From Spizellomyces punctatus DAOM BR117 (taxonomy: Eukaryota), in the NCBI GenBank assembly GCA_000182565.2, contig KQ257469.1: a stretch of 64,000 nucleotides of DNA; one strand, 5' to 3'. A program made the position numbers and the translations under genes. The notes beneath the pieces were generated by a model. That model did not search any database and was not told the DNA's origin. It was given only the letters and a program-made list of their open reading frames with translations. Positions 25,981-40,944 of the stretch are shown here, piece by piece (positions within the stretch are counted from its first letter, which is position 1; the number at the start of each line of letters is the position of its first letter).

Positions 25981-28491
25981 CCTTTATTCTCCGTCAACAG
26001 ACACACACAACACACAACACACACACACACACAAAAGTTGAAGAGAAAACCGATAAAGACGATATGTTGTCTCTTGTTGTTTTGGGTTTTCCCGATGGTG
26101 ATCCGTTTCTTCCAAAAAATGGTGTCTACCTAGAGTGTGTTTTTTTTTGTGTGTCGTAGCGAGTAAAAAATCAATACACAACACACATACGACAACGGGG
26201 CAGAAAGCGGAATAACAACCCTACTCACAAACCGCAAAACGGGGAAACCCAACGTTCGTAATAATAAAAAAAAAAAATAACAAAAAGCTAGAGACTAAAA
26301 ACAAGACCAAAACAACTTGCAAAATAACAATCAACAAGTGCTTGCAAAAGTGTTTTGCTTGAATAACAAGATTGGGCCGTAAGACTCTAAACCCAAAAAA
26401 GGTTTTGGGAGCGGTCTTTTGGAACGACAACAAAAATAAAAATACTAAAAAAAAGACCAACCCCCAGAACAACACTTTTGATCAACACTTGTTGTAAATC
26501 CATCAAGTGTGCTAAGAATAGCACTTGGACAAACACACAAAATAAACAATTCCCGACCAGAGAACAACAAAAGCCGCAGATCCTCACTTTACATGACTGT
26601 GCCATCACACAGTGTGACTGAAGTGTTCCAAAATCCTTTTTGGCTTTTTTGTTGCGGCTCAACGAGTGTTTAGTTTAGATCGCAGCCGTTTTCTTTTTTT
26701 TTTTTTGTTCACTCTTCCCAAGGACCTTGGATCTTTGCTCAATCATTGGTTTGAAGGGTATGGACGGGGGGATCGTGAAAAGACCAAGTACGAACGCTTT
26801 TCAAAGGTGTTCCCTTTTTTTTTTGGTGTTTAACCCAAAACATGATGGGCTTCTTTGGGGTGCGGGTTCCGACAGGGTACATTTGTGCTCGTATCCCCTC
26901 GTAGCAGCTATTTCATTCGTTCACTTTGAATAGCCTCCGGTTGAATTTGTTCACGGTTTGCTGTTCAACGGTCAAGAAGCGCATTTGTCCATTACAAGTG
27001 TTTCGGGGCCTTAAGCGCGCATATGGTGAGCTCACGCATTCGTTAATGAAAAGCTCGTTCAAAATGTGTCGCATGTCCCTATTCACAAGCCAACACACCA
27101 TACTCGCACGCCCAGAGTCGTAGCACCCTAGTGAGTAATTGACACTTGATTCTCTGATTATGTAACCAGTGTATCACCATAGATCCCTCACACACCGCAT
27201 GCACTGTTGCAACAAGTCTTCAAACAAGTCATGCTGGACAATGATATTATACGATATCTCATTAAAATACAGTAAGAGATCTTTCCTGTCATCGTAACTG
27301 CGTTTATATGTTACGCGAGTGTGAATACATGCTTGATCTTGAACGATTGTTGTTATCATACAGTCTCCCTCGTCGCAACTAGACAGTCCAAATAGCACAT
27401 GAAAACTCGAGTTACATTCGGCAAGTGCCATACGAGTTAAATAATATAGATAACTCATGGTATTCATGAGGAACAACAATGCAACATGTCACAAAACTCT
27501 GAATATACAGTCAAAATGACTATCTCTTTTATGATTGACAAAGTGAGTGTACATACTAGAACGAACAAATAGGACCGACTTGTGAAAGTGAACTTCATTC
27601 CATTTACACTAACCATTCAGACATATTATTTTCGATGGAAGCCCACTGATACTGAGTCATTCATATACAAAGAACCCCTCGTCAACAGCAAACAGTATGT
27701 TTAAAGAGTCAGATTTGAGTAATATACATTCCATGATAAGGAGAGCATTCAAGAAGTTACGGAACGCAATTGCATGTGATAAAATGGTACTTATCAATGA
27801 AAACCAAAAAAAAAAAAAACACATGTGCTCATACCGGCGATACTGAACAAGAAACTCAAAAAGAATCAGCCCAATTCAAAAAATGCTGAATCCATCGTGT
27901 CATGCAAGATTCGAACATGCCAAAACAAACTTGCCTGTAATCAACAAGATTTTTCTCTGCAGCTCTTGGTTCCGTAAAACTGTTTATAAATGATACCCAA
28001 AATATGATGATGAATGACGGGATTCCTGATGGATATTCAGAGGGATAACCCACAACTTGCAAATCGGATGAGATTGAAAAAGTGGTTTTTGAGTAGGAGC
28101 AGTGCATATAAACCCAACCGATGCATCTCTTAACTGATTTGCACTCCACCGACATGAATTTCCAATAAAAACGCTCCAATTCACAATGATATTTCAACAC
28201 ACAGAAAGTGACATCCACAGTCGAGAACCTCAAAAGTGCAATCCCCATTTTTTGAACACCTTTCACAAACAGGGCTCATCAGTACGTAATCCAGCATGAA
28301 ACGAAAAGGAGTGACTCGCACATGTGGCGAGTTTCAGATCTTGCTGACTAAGCGTCTTACGACAGTTGCTGTTCGTTTTCTTTGACTTGCAAGACGACAA
28401 GTTACGGTTTATGGTTTTTTGTTTTTACGCAGTATTGGTATTTGTTTTTTTTTTGTTGGGGGGTTTGCATATTATTTTTGTTGATTCTCCC

Positions 28492-30358
28492 ATGGGGATA
28501 TACATTACGTTCCTTATCGGATGGATAACATTGTGGAGTGTCCGTGCACAGCAGAATTTGTCTGTGGAGGTTCCGTTTCGATGGGGACATGTCGGTATTG
28601 GGGTTCAAGGGCGGGTTATGGTCGTTGGGGGTGTCGAGACGGTTGTTGAAGATGTGAATGGTAAATGTTCATGATTGAATGTATCTAGTATGGGTTTATT
28701 GAAAGGTTTTTTCGCGTGTAGAAGTCTTTCCAGTATCGACGGTTCCAACCCTGTTTTACACTCCGAGTACGAGTACGTTGACGGTACTATCCACATCGGG
28801 GACCTTTCCACCATCCATAGGGCACGCATGTACATTTATCGAAACGGATGGCGGGGTGTACTGTATGGGCGGGTATGAAGGGACAGCACCAGCATTGGCA
28901 CCACGGAGTCGACGAGGCGTCTGGAGGTTCAGTTTACAAAAAGGGGATTGGAGTGTTGTTGCTGTTAATGGATTTTTCAATACGTTTGGAGGTGTGGAAG
29001 ATGATACGGGTGTAGCGGATGGACAAGTAGTGTTTATCAACAGGTCATTGGTATTAGTGGGTGGACGAGGGTCCTGTTGGAGTTGTGGGGCAGTTGGAAC
29101 AGGGGAAACGGCCGTACAAGGTACGATATCCCTATTAGATGGGACACAAGTCCGAGTTGTGCATGAACCTGCTGGCGGGTTATATGGACATTGTACGGTC
29201 CAAGTCAACAACAATGTTTATACATTGTTTGGAAATACGACAACGAACGGAGGGAATAATCAGACGTGGGTGTTAGGTCTCGGAACGACACCACCGGTGA
29301 TTTCTTCACTGTTGTTGCTTCCAATAGGGTTTTCACCTCCGGTACGCTTATTCCCGACATGCACCGTGAACGGGAACACTATTATCGTAACAGGAGGCAT
29401 ATCACCTAATGGAACGTACCTAACCGATACATGGGTCCTCAACCTCTCGACACTTGTCTGGACATCCATGCCCGTAACGGGTCTCATCCCACCCCCACGC
29501 ATCCGTCCAGCCCTTTTTCAACTCGGGAATGGTGTCATTGGTTTACAAGGGGGATTACGACGGGATCGAGTAGTCGATACAGGACTCTACGCATTGGATA
29601 CAAGGACAAGACGATGGGAACAAGTTGTGATTAGTCGTCTCGAGACACCCTTACCCACTCCTCCTATACGTGAACCAGAGGGGACGAGTAAATGGTTAAC
29701 GATTGGGTTACCCATTGTGGTAGCCATCACAGCCATAAGCGTGTTGATCCTCGCGATCGGATTATGGAGATTCTGGATCCGATATCGAAATGATCATACA
29801 ATTGAACCTCGTCAAGATGATCATACAAGTAAACCTCCACCGTCTCCATCAAGAGACTCGGTAATAACCGTCCAACCCACCATCCCCCCTTTTCCCGATC
29901 GACATCTATCACCTGTACCACAACCTTTATACACACTCCCAAATGACCCCCTCCAATCCCTCCCCCAACCACGGCATCCAATCAATTTGACAAAACCCTA
30001 TACAGCCGCCCACGAACACACACCAACGCGTCCAGACGAAACACTCGTAACACCATCAGATACACTTACCATCCGAAAAGTATATAAAGATGGATGGTGT
30101 GTTGGGATGAATGTGACGACGAGGACGGGGGGGTACTTTCCAGTAGGTGTTGTAAACAGTCGGGAATGGGAAACCTCTTCCATGCATTCTCGACAAAGTG
30201 ATGAAACCAGTAATTCGACGTCAACGTTATGTTCACCCCCAGATGGTGTACTAAAAGTTTTGGAAGAGTTGGATTGGGCACTGGAAACTGGGGTACTGGA
30301 TTTGGAAACGTATTTTGGGAGGAGAAAACGGGTTTTTTTTTCTATTGGGTGGGGATGA
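28492..30358 (+). CDS. Single-pass membrane protein: signal peptide, kelch beta-propeller, TM helix, cytoplasmic SH3
   Basis: Signal MGIYITFLIGWITLWSVRA; kelch repeats (RWGH..VMVVGG, GHACT..YCMGG, YGHCT..LFG, IIVTGG..DTWVLNL); TM WLTIGLPIVVAITAISVLILAIGLW; SH3 HEHTPTRPDE...DGWCVG...GYFP; intron 28661-28721. Confidence 0.85.
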
Positions 30359-30980
30359 TTTTATCAACATTTTATTTTTGCATGATATTTTTTCTGTTTC
30401 TTTTTTTTTTTGTATGTTTTGTTTATTATGGCGATTAGATCAAGATGGGTGTAGCAATACGTTCATGTTCATGTAATTTTTAATGTATTTTGTAAATACA
30501 CAATGTAAAGGGCCTTGATCAACTGATTATTAACACGGTTTAGAACTCGTTTGCAAGTACAACCCTCTCTGCAAGACGATATTAGCAATGTCCGACTGAT
30601 AGGTAACATATCAGAAATGGAGAAGGGGAGCAAGCAACTGTATGTCCCATCTACCAACAAGACATTTATTTCGCTCACAACCACTAAACAAACATTCTTT
30701 CTCATGCATTACATTCATCTCTCCTTTTGTGCAAAAAGCATCACTACGCAAATCATGATGCAGTACAATCCAATAATGCACTCAAAAAAAAAAAAGCCGC
30801 ATGGCAAAATACCACAAATTCATATGTACCCAAAACACACGTGCACTAAAAAACCATATACTGCAGCATCAATAATGAAAGCATTATCTTGACCAAAACA
30901 AACCCTTCTAAACAAACAAAAAAAAAATACACGATGACAACCCCAAAGACAAAACCCACTTGTATTGATTACTCCCCCCT

Positions 30981-33571
30981 TTAAACCCCATCCCCAAGTT
31001 GCTCAAATTCATCCGTATCAGGATTATACCAATCTGAAAAAAACCATTCCCAAAAAATTAAAAACAAAAAACATTAAAACAGAAATCCAATACTTTCGCT
31101 TACATTTAACGAGATCAGCACCGTACGGTTTTGGTTTTAGACAGTAGAGGGTGTGGAGGGGGACGGAGAGGGTGGGCATGTCGTCGAGTGGGATACCAAT
31201 AAAGTAGGATAAAAGGGTACGTAGGACCTTTTTTTAAAAAAAAAAAAAAACAAATCAGTAGATGGCGCATTACCAAACAACAGTCAAAAAGAGCGGAAAC
31301 ATCCGGTTTTACATACAACTTGATGCGTCACAATCAAAACATTACTCTGCATCCGCTCCAATTCAATAATAATGGGTCGCAACCTCTCAATGACATCCAC
31401 ATAGGATTCACCCCCGGGTCCAGGATACCGGTACACCAATTTCGCTTTTTGGCGTGCATAAAATTCGTCAGGGTAGCGTTGTTCAATTTCTTGGTAAGTA
31501 AGGTCTTCGCATACACCCGCGTAAATTTCGTTTAGGAATTTAATGCGCTTGATGTCGTAGGTTGTGTCGTCAAAGGTTTCGACGGTTTCAAACGTGCGGC
31601 GGAGGGTCGAGGTCCAGATGCTTAGAGGGGCGTGGCGGTCTGTGCCGAAATTGTCGTCGAGGGGGGTGGTGTGGGTTGGGGGGTGGAATTGGTTGAGGAA
31701 GCGGGCCAGGGCGGAGGAGTAGCGGCGGCCGAGGGGGGTTAACGGGGGGTCGCCGCCTATACGACCCGTGACATTGTATTCTAGAGTTGTCGTAATATTT
31801 TAGCTTTTTTGCACGTTAGGTGGGGGAAAGGCGAGTGGAGTGGGGGAATTGCAAAAGAGAAAAACCACACACACACAAACGCACGCACGTACACACACGA
31901 CACCACACACAATACTTGCCTGACTCCCCATGCCGCGTCAACCAAATCGTGCGAGGCTTGATATGCATTTGCATCAAATAAAAGACACACTGACTTTCAA
32001 GGTACCCATGCACATTATTTGCAATAACCTTTTTCCCCACATTGACTAGTTTAATAAACCTATAGCGTACGCGTTAGTCCAAACCTAGAAAGTAACATTA
32101 AAAAAAATAAAATGAAAAACAACCGACTCTAAATCATCTTGTCGTTCTTCGTCTTCGCAAATTGTTTCATAGGCCCGTTCGTAGTTTGCTGTACGGGCCA
32201 AAAAGTCGCGCATGGCTTCTTCCGGTGGCATGTTTTTGTAGTCGGGGCCCTGCAGTTTCATGCGAATGTTTTCGTCTAGGACGCGCTTGTCGGTGCATAT
32301 ACTCTCTGAAAGCCAAAGTTGTTAAGACAAAATCCTCAAGAGACGGGTTGTGTTTGAACACACTACTTACGCACCGATAAACATGGCCTTGACACCCTTT
32401 TCTCGCTTAACGCGATCCAACAACGCACGACGTCGCTGCACAGTTGAATTGGTCGCATCATGAATCGCCACTTTACCACCCCCATGCAACCACTCAAAAA
32501 TCTCTTCAAGGGTATCCATAGCCAATTTCTCGCGCACGGCTTTGGCTTCGGGGTTATCTGGGTCAAAGAATTTTGCATCGTGGGTTGTGCCGGGTGCGGC
32601 ATTGACGACCGGTGAGGGACAGGGTTCTGGGACGGGGCCGTGGTATCCATTGTTGAATTTTGAAAGGAGGAGGTGAGCGAGGCTGAGGGGTTTGTAGGAT
32701 ACTTTGGGGATGGGCGCCAAGAGTTCCGGGGTATCGGCACGGTCAGATGGGAGCGTGCGGGGGGGTGTGACCGAGATGTGAGGCGGTTCCAGATGGGATT
32801 CCGTCGCCGCATGCACACTGTTGACATGATCATCATGAACCTGATGAGTTGCCTCATGAGGACCTTCGTGTGGTGGTGGGGGTGAGGAGGAAGTGCTGGT
32901 AGCCATCACCCGACGCCGATTGCCAACATTAAACACACGCGTATTGAATCCACTCCAAGATAAATCTACAGAAACAAAGCAACATATTATCGTTGTGCAT
33001 TACAAGAGTTGTCGCCATCTTGACAAGCACAACAATGGTACGAAAAAAAGGTCACGTACATCGCACGAGTTTTTTGCAAATATCTAAAATGACCAATAAA
33101 CAAGTGTCATGAACAAGCTCAAAACACAAGAGACATTCCAAAATGACATAATCAACATACATGACTTTCCTCTTGCAGGCAATCCAACCTACAACAGAAA
33201 GAGATGCCATGCATCACATTGAACAAAACATGTCATGTAGATCATCACAAGTACAAATACCAACAAAAACATACCATAAAAATAATCAACTTTGGTCCCA
33301 ACTCTTTCTGCTCCAAAATATCTACAACCCAGACACGGATGACGCGTCACACTAACCGATCGGCAATCTCGACCATTATCCACTCACCTCTAGGCGCCTT
33401 GGAGGATCCCGTAGATGAGGACAATCTTCTATCTATGGGGGGACACGCTACGCTCTGGATGGGACGACGGTGCTGCTGGAGCACGGACACCCGCATTTGT
33501 TCCTCATCTTGTTTCTCGTCTTTGGCGTCCACTTGTCCGTCTACGACCCGCTGGCATTGCGGGGATGCCAT
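30981..33571 (-). CDS. 6-phosphofructo-2-kinase/fructose-2,6-bisphosphatase, multi-exon
   Basis: MVGLPARGKSYICKKL (P-loop), VFNVGNRRR, HDATNSTVQRR, LTRHGES, LNEIYAG, GESYVDVIERL, VTHQ, KPYG. Confidence 0.92.
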
Positions 33572-35400
33572 TGGAATGCGTCACGAGAGAGAACGTTTTG
33601 GGGGAGGTATCCGATATAAAGTTTGTAATCGGAGTGACCTCGAAAAACCAGCAATGCACCATGTGCCACTACAAAGAAACACGGGCTGCTGAGAACCTTT
33701 TGGCAGCGCTTGAATGTTGATGACCAAACAACTTTAGTTGGTTCGATCCTCACACACGTGCAGTCATGTGATATCATGAGATCATATTACGTAACTGATA
33801 TGCCATTTTGGGGCAGTTGTTGCTGAGCCGCCAAGTTCTTCCAGTGCCAAGAAAGTTGAGAGCAAAGCCAGAATCTAATCAGTAAAAAGATTTCCTACTT
33901 GAGCACCGGAGCTTTTTTTTGTTTCGTGGAAGAGTGTGCAAAAGATGGGGGAGCATCGGTTGAAGGTTACCCGCCATGGAAGAAGGACAAGGTTGAAGCG
34001 TGTGTGGGTTCCCCCCTTAATGGCTTTAATGGGTCTTTTGATGGGATGTTGATCACGATGAAAGTGTGTGTGTGTCCAACTGATCAGCCAGTGTGTGTGT
34101 GTATGGATGGAGTGGGTTTCAGCGTGGAAAATGCCAATATAGCAATGGGCCCCGAGGAACAGTCCCCCAATCAAAGTGAAAAACGAGCAAGCGGCCAAGA
34201 AACAGCCAAGTGCCCGCAAAGCAAAAAAACCAGAATGGTACACACACAAACCCATACTTCCCTCTCCCATTCACGAGTTCAGCCTCCCCAACAAAATAAT
34301 TGTGTTATAGATAAAACCATATGGAAAGGTTTCGTCATCTCATCTGCTGCGCAACAGAAACAAGTGCGCAGCTGATAGGGAATGTGGGACACAGTCACCC
34401 AGCTCACACACGTACTAGTTACTAGTTTCCAAGTGAGAAAACAACACACATGATGTGTTGTGAATGCGCAGTTGAGAAAGAGTGTGAGAGTGTGAAATAA
34501 TCATAAAATAATGATCCCCCATTGGTCACGTCACTTTGTTGCAATTGATTGGTTGTTGAACGGAAAGAATCGGAACAAAAAGTGATTTGTAAAACGAGTG
34601 GCAAAGTGAGAGAACAAGTGTTTGATTATCTCTTTCTCTTTTTTCCTTTTTCATGATCATGATCAACCACACACAGGCAAGGGGACTTACTCTGTAGGCA
34701 CTGCGCATCATACACTCGTATTCAACCATACAGTATGATTTCCATCAAGTAAAATAACTCTGTTATGACTACTCGTATTAGCACTCGAACACAATCCCAT
34801 GCATTTCACACACACATACATTCTTGTCATGCACATAATTCTTTATATCCGTATGAACTCTAAGTCCATGAGTGACAAGTAATAAAAGAGATCTGATAAA
34901 AAGAGAAAGATGCGATAAGAAAAAAAGAGAGAGATCAGATGTGACACAAGCGGCATCACATGGTTTCCCTTTTTTCCCACGCTCATGACAAGGTGATTTG
35001 GGGAGGCGCAGATTTCCAACTTTTTGAACAAGGACGAGCGAGGAAGGGAACTTGGCTAAAGACAGCACACGCAGGAACCCAAAGCAGGAAACAAAAGCAA
35101 CCGACGACACAGGCAGAGACTGACTTTATTATTGGAATTGGAAGAGAGAGAGCGAAAAGCTACTTTTTACCTTTGGTCTCTTCCCCACCCACACTCTTCA
35201 TCGGCCTTCTTTTTTACTTCCCGTTCACTCCCGTTCACACTCGCTCAACTCACGGCGAGAGCGAGAGAGCCTTTCTCTCCTCATTTGTCAAGTTTGTTTC
35301 CCCACTCTTGCTCTCTCTTACGGACAATACACGTTGTCTGCTCTTTCACCACTTGTCGTCGTCGTCGTCACGTCACTTCTTTCTCTTCTCACCTTGCACC

Positions 35401-36311
35401 ATGCGGATTCGGATAGAGGATCTTGTCAATTCGTCGTCTTCTTCTTCTTCTTCTCCACCTCCTCCTGTTCCTCTTCCTTTAGTGTCTCCTCGCTCTCTTC
35501 CTCTTGATCCTGTCTCAACGCTCACTCGCCCATGCTTAAGGGACTCGTTTCAACGTCACTCTTCAGACTATTACCTTCCTCCCTCTCCTCTCCCATCTCC
35601 TTCTCTTGACGTATTGGATCGTCATCATTGGGTGGATTTTGACTTTGACTTTAGAGGAAGACGTCATGGGGATCCACGGGATTTGGGCTCTTGATTCTGC
35701 CCATTCGCAATGTTCGTCACTCCCAGCATTGGATGGAAAAGAGCGTTTCATTAGCGGAACAAGAACAGGAACGGGAACTAGAGGGCGCATTTGCTTATCC
35801 ATTAGGGACAGAATTGGCTCTCCCTTCTCCCACCTCTTCCACTTCTTCCTTTGACATTCGCTCACAACCCGCTCCTCCCGCTTCTCCCTCTGCGTCGCCC
35901 AACATGTCCCTCTCCTTTCATGGAACACATCGGCGATATCCTCCCGGTCTCAACCATTCCCCTAAATCCGCGTCGCCTCCTCCTCCTGTCGCGACAATGT
36001 CGACAACGACAGCAACAACGAGTGCCCCATCTGCATCCGCCCCGACAACAGGGACAACCCCGTCTCAAGCAACGGCGCGTCCGCGTCCGTTTAGTTGTCC
36101 CGTTCCCGGCTGCAATGCCCGCTTTACGCGCCGTGCGAATCTCCGCAGTCATGCGTCTTGCCATTCTTCGTATCGTGCCTATGGATGCAGCATGTGTCAA
36201 GCGAGATTTAGGCGTCCTCAAGAGTTGCGGCGTCATGAACGCTGTGTGCATAGGAGTGGAGTTGCTGTGACAACAGCAAAAACAACAATGACGACAGCCA
36301 AATCATTGTAA
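35401..36311 (+). CDS. C2H2 zinc-finger transcription factor (2 fingers)
   Basis: FSCPVPGCNARFTRRANLRSHASCH and YGCSMCQARFRRPQELRRHERCVH; a 44-nt GT-AG intron (35611-35654) joins the MRIRIEDLVN exon in frame. Confidence 0.8.
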
Positions 36312-37209
36312 CGTGTCTTTCTATATCCTGGGGAACAGTGGTACCGGTGGTACCCGTGAGAGAGAGTGTCTGTTTTGTATTTCAGTGTGTTGGTGGATGG
36401 AGGGGTGGACAATGTAGCCTTTTTCTCTGTGTATAGAGTTTTGTATGATCTTTTGTTTTCTTTTTTTTTTTTTTTTTCTCTAGTCTTGAGACATTTGAAG
36501 GAAGGGAGAGGGATGCTTTTGTATTTTTTCTTACAACTGTACAGTAAAAAAAAGCGAGTTTTATAAATTGCTATGACAAATGCAAATCTCTGTTGTGGTG
36601 TGTGTGTGTGTGTGTGTCTGTTGGTGATGATGGAGAGCCGTGAACAAAGAGTGTGAACAGGATAGAACCAGTCACATTTTATGTTCATACTCGTGGCATT
36701 GCGTCGGATGGTCTACGTTGCTGGTCACAGTCACAATGGGTTGCAGGGCGTCAAGGAAAAGCGTTGAAAGTTGCTTCTTGTTGCGCGCGGGAGGGAGGCA
36801 ATGGGTCATTTGCACAGCAGCACAGACAACAGCGAGAAAAGTGCGCGGCGGCCATTTCCAAAAAGAGTAAAAACCCATCATCACGTGTGCGCAGAGAGTG
36901 TGATAAGCATCACGCGACAAGCCCAGTTGATGAACAAGTGTGCCCGTGGCCTTACAGGTGGTGTGCTACAGTGTGCTTGTTGTTGTTCTGGTGTTGTTCA
37001 ACTCTTGTTTTTTTCTTCTTTCTTACACTTGGTATCTGTACTGTACACACTTGCATACAGTTTACAAGCGGGCAGACTGAGAACGAGAGAGAGGCTTCCT
37101 TGTTTTCAACAAAACATCTTCACACTTGCACATTCTGTCAATTTTCGTTTTCTTCCCAACGACAAACGGACAAACCAACATGTTTTCAATGCTCTACATT
37201 TCCTCACGC

Positions 37210-39872
37210 ATGACCATGACGGGACGGGTGGTGTCGAGTAGGTGGAGAATGAGTTATCGAGCAGGTACGTGTATTGGTGCAATGGTGTTGTCCGCCTTCC
37301 TCACGGACAATGGTTGCTCATCCCTCTGTACACTTTTTCTCTCTTTAAATTTCGCAATTGACAGCCTCGACAACACCCACCCACCCCCACTTTAACAAAA
37401 TCCTCATTGCAAACCGCGGTGAAATCGCCTGCAGAATCATGCGCACCGCCAAACGCCTCGGCGTCAAAACCGTCGCAGTCTACAGTTCCGCCGACGCGTC
37501 CGCCATGCACGTCCAAATGGCCGACGAAGCCTACCACATTGGCCCTGCACCTTCTTCTGAAAGTTACTTGAACGCGAACCGGATTCTGGATGTAGCCCAC
37601 AAGAGCGGCGCGCAGGCCATTCATCCCGGGTACGGCTTCCTATCCGAAAACGCGGCCTTTGCGACTCAAGTCACCGAATCTGGTCTAGTGTTTATTGGAC
37701 CCCCTGCTCAAGCGATTCTATCCATGGGGTCCAAAAGTGAGAGTAAAAAGATTATGCAGGATGCAAGTGTGCCTGTTGTGCCAGGGTACCATGGTGAGGA
37801 ACAGAGTGTGGAGAGATTACAAGCCGAGGCGGAGAGGATTGGGTATCCGGTTTTGATCAAGGCGGTCAAAGGGGGTGGTGGCAAGGTGGGAAATAAAAAC
37901 GTTTTTTCGAAATGTGTCATCGTTATTATAAAACGGGCCCGTCAACTCACTTTTTGATGTATAGGGCATGCGGATTGTGGAAACACCCCAAGATTTCAAA
38001 GACATGCTCGAGTCTGCCAAACGGGAAGCCACCAAATCGTTTGGAGACGATACAGTCCTTGTCGAAAAATACCTTACTCGACCCCGGTACCCATCTCCCT
38101 TTGTTCCTCGAACGTTTTACGACATACGCTAACTTCCCACTTTCCGACATTTTTTAGCCACGTCGAAGTACAAGTCTTTGCCGACACCCACGGAAACGCC
38201 GTCTACCTCTTTGAACGTGACTGCAGCGTACAAAGACGACACCAAAAAGTCCTTGAAGAAGCACCTGCTCCGGGTTTGTCCCCGGAATTACGGGCATCGT
38301 TGGGTGCCAAGGCGGTTGCGGCTGCAAAAGCGGTGAATTATGTTGGAGCTGGGACGGTGGAATTTATTTTGGATACGCTTGATGATCGGTTTTATTTTAT
38401 GGAGATGAATACTCGGTAGGTTTTTGTTTACGCCTCTATTCCGACTGTCACAACACACAGAGATAGTTTTCCGCATATGCGCGCTTTGCGTACGCACGCG
38501 CACACGCACATGCACAGTTCATTAAGACAGTGCATACAATCCCATATGTACTCTCCACACACCACTAACATTGCCACTCCCCCCTAGACTCCAAGTAGAA
38601 CACCCCGTAACAGAAATGATAACAAACACCGACCTCGTCGAATGGCAACTCCTCGTCGCATCCGGGAACCCCCTCCCAAAAACCCAATCCTCACTAGAAA
38701 TATCCGGACACGCCTTTGAAGCTCGTATTTATGCCGAGAACCCTGCCAAAGGGTTTTTACCCGATACGGGCAAGCTTTTTTATATGAAGATGCCTGATGC
38801 TGCGCCGAATGTGCGGGTTGAGACGGGTGTGAGGCAGGGGGATGATGTGAGTGTTTATTATGGTATGTTTTATTGTTTCTTTTTTTATGGGTTTTGGAGG
38901 GGGAGGGTTTTTGTTGATACGAGTTTTTTTTTTTTTTTCTTTTAGATCCCATGATTTCGAAACTGGTTGTGTCGGGTCCGAACCGTACTGAAGCGCTACG
39001 CACGCTACGTAACGCATTAAATGATTTCCACGTAGGTTTTATTCAATATCCTTGTTTCCCATTGCCCTCTTTGCCAAACATTAAGGAATCCCCAAATCTC
39101 ATTGCATTTTTGTGATTACGGTATTTAGGTCGCAGGTCCAACAACCAATATCCCCTTCCTAACCTCCCTGGCTACCCACCCCTCCTTTATCTCTGGAGAC
39201 ATTTCGACGTCATTTATAGCCGACCACGCTGACACGCTTTCGTTATCTGCACCCATCACCCACGAAACCCTCGCTCAAGCCGCCATGGGTCTCGTCTCAA
39301 CTTGTTCCAAAACACCAACAGAAACAACACCGTGGACAACTCTCCCTTCATTCCGCCTCAACCACCCCCAGACCCGAACTCTAACCCTCCACGACCAAAA
39401 CTCGACTCCCCACAAAGTCACAGTCACCACAGACCCCCAAACCCAAACCCACACTCTCACCACCAAAACCCCCACATCAACACGTACATTCTCGTCCGTA
39501 ACAGCTCATTACAACCCCACCACCCAAATCCTAACCACAACCCTCGACTCAACCCGTCTTACAACCCCCTTTATCCAAACAGACCAAACCCTCCACCTCC
39601 CACCCATAACGCTATCCATCCCAACCATAACCCACACCCACGCAGAAACGAGTGCAAACACAATAAAGACTCCCATGCCGTGCAAGATTTCCGCTATACA
39701 TGTCGTAAAAGGCGATACGGTTAAAAAAGGTCAAGTGGTCCTCGTGTTGGAAGCAATGAAAATGGAGCATGTTGTTAGAGCTCCTGGGGATGGAATTGTT
39801 AAGAGGGTTTTTGGAGTGGTTGGGGATGTTGTTCCTGAGGGACGGGTTTTGGTTGAGTTTGGTCAGGTTTAG
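37210..39872 (+). CDS. MCCC1: Methylcrotonoyl-CoA carboxylase alpha subunit (biotin carboxylase + BCCP), mitochondrial
   Basis: [64 protein letters not shown] biotin site; several GT-AG introns; Arg-rich presequence. Propionyl-CoA carboxylase alpha is a less likely alternative. Confidence 0.85.
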
Positions 39873-40944
39873 ATTTTGGTTTTCTGTTTGTGTGTGTTTG
39901 GTTGGTCTGTTTTGTTTGTTTGTTATCTTGCTATACATGTCGTTCATCAAAAACCCAAGTGGTGTCCTTTTTTTTTTTGGACGCAAATTGGTAGAGTTGC
40001 CTGTGTGATGATGGAATGGCTGTGAGGGATTGATACGGTAGGAGCATATTGCATGAACCTAAAATGCATACTCACAAAAATTTAAAGTAAATGATGCTAC
40101 TTTTTTTGTTTTTTATCGCCATAACTATTCTGTGTTTTCTTTGACGACATTCAAAATAAATAGCATATTGCCAAAAAGAAAAAAAAAATAAAAACAATTA
40201 TTTGCAACTCTGTTTAAAAGATTATATAACAAAGCTATAATGTTGAGTGTTACAATTACTTGCATAAAACAAAAACACCTCAAAACATTGAGTTACGAAC
40301 CTCTCTTTCCTCGCCTTGTCAATTATCATTGCATATACCCTATTACATACCATTCAATAGAGTAAGCATTTTAAAAAGAAGGTTGGTATAATGTCATGAA
40401 CAATGTTGCGAATCTTTTTTTTTTTTGTCCGTTGAAACATTCACTATTGGGTTGATAGCTATGACTTTAAACATTCAAGCTAAATCAACATTTTAAGAAA
40501 CTAAAAACTTGCATTAAACAAACGTACATAAAAACCAAATGCAGTTACGTATCTCCTTTTGGCATGTACATTTAACGTATGCGTTATGTTTAAATTCAAA
40601 CATATCGACAAAACAAAACCTAGACATCAACATCATGTTCTTGGTTACGAATTCTCTTTTCCTTGCTTCTACCATTTGTCGTATACGCCATTGCGTAACA
40701 TTCACGAGAGCGTAAAACACTTTTAAACAACAAAATACTTTACAATGCCATGAACTGTGTTACGAAAAAAAAACCTCATTAAGCTGGTGAGGTATGTTAA
40801 AACTCGTAAAAAAAACCCCCATAAGCCGTATAAAAATAAAAAAAAAACATACAATATAGAAAAGTGTCTCGTTACTGTATGTTCAAAAGCATGTTGGAAC
40901 ACACAACCTTATGCAAATATGTTGTTTCGAGGTAGTATCATAAA

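Noticed and set aside
26000-28400. Short ORFs in the AT-rich intergenic region
   Set aside because: Low-complexity, no motifs and no consistent splice model.
35611-35694. Apparent frameshift between ORFs 34960-35694 and 35691-36311
   Set aside because: Resolved by a 44-nt GT-AG intron that restores the frame.
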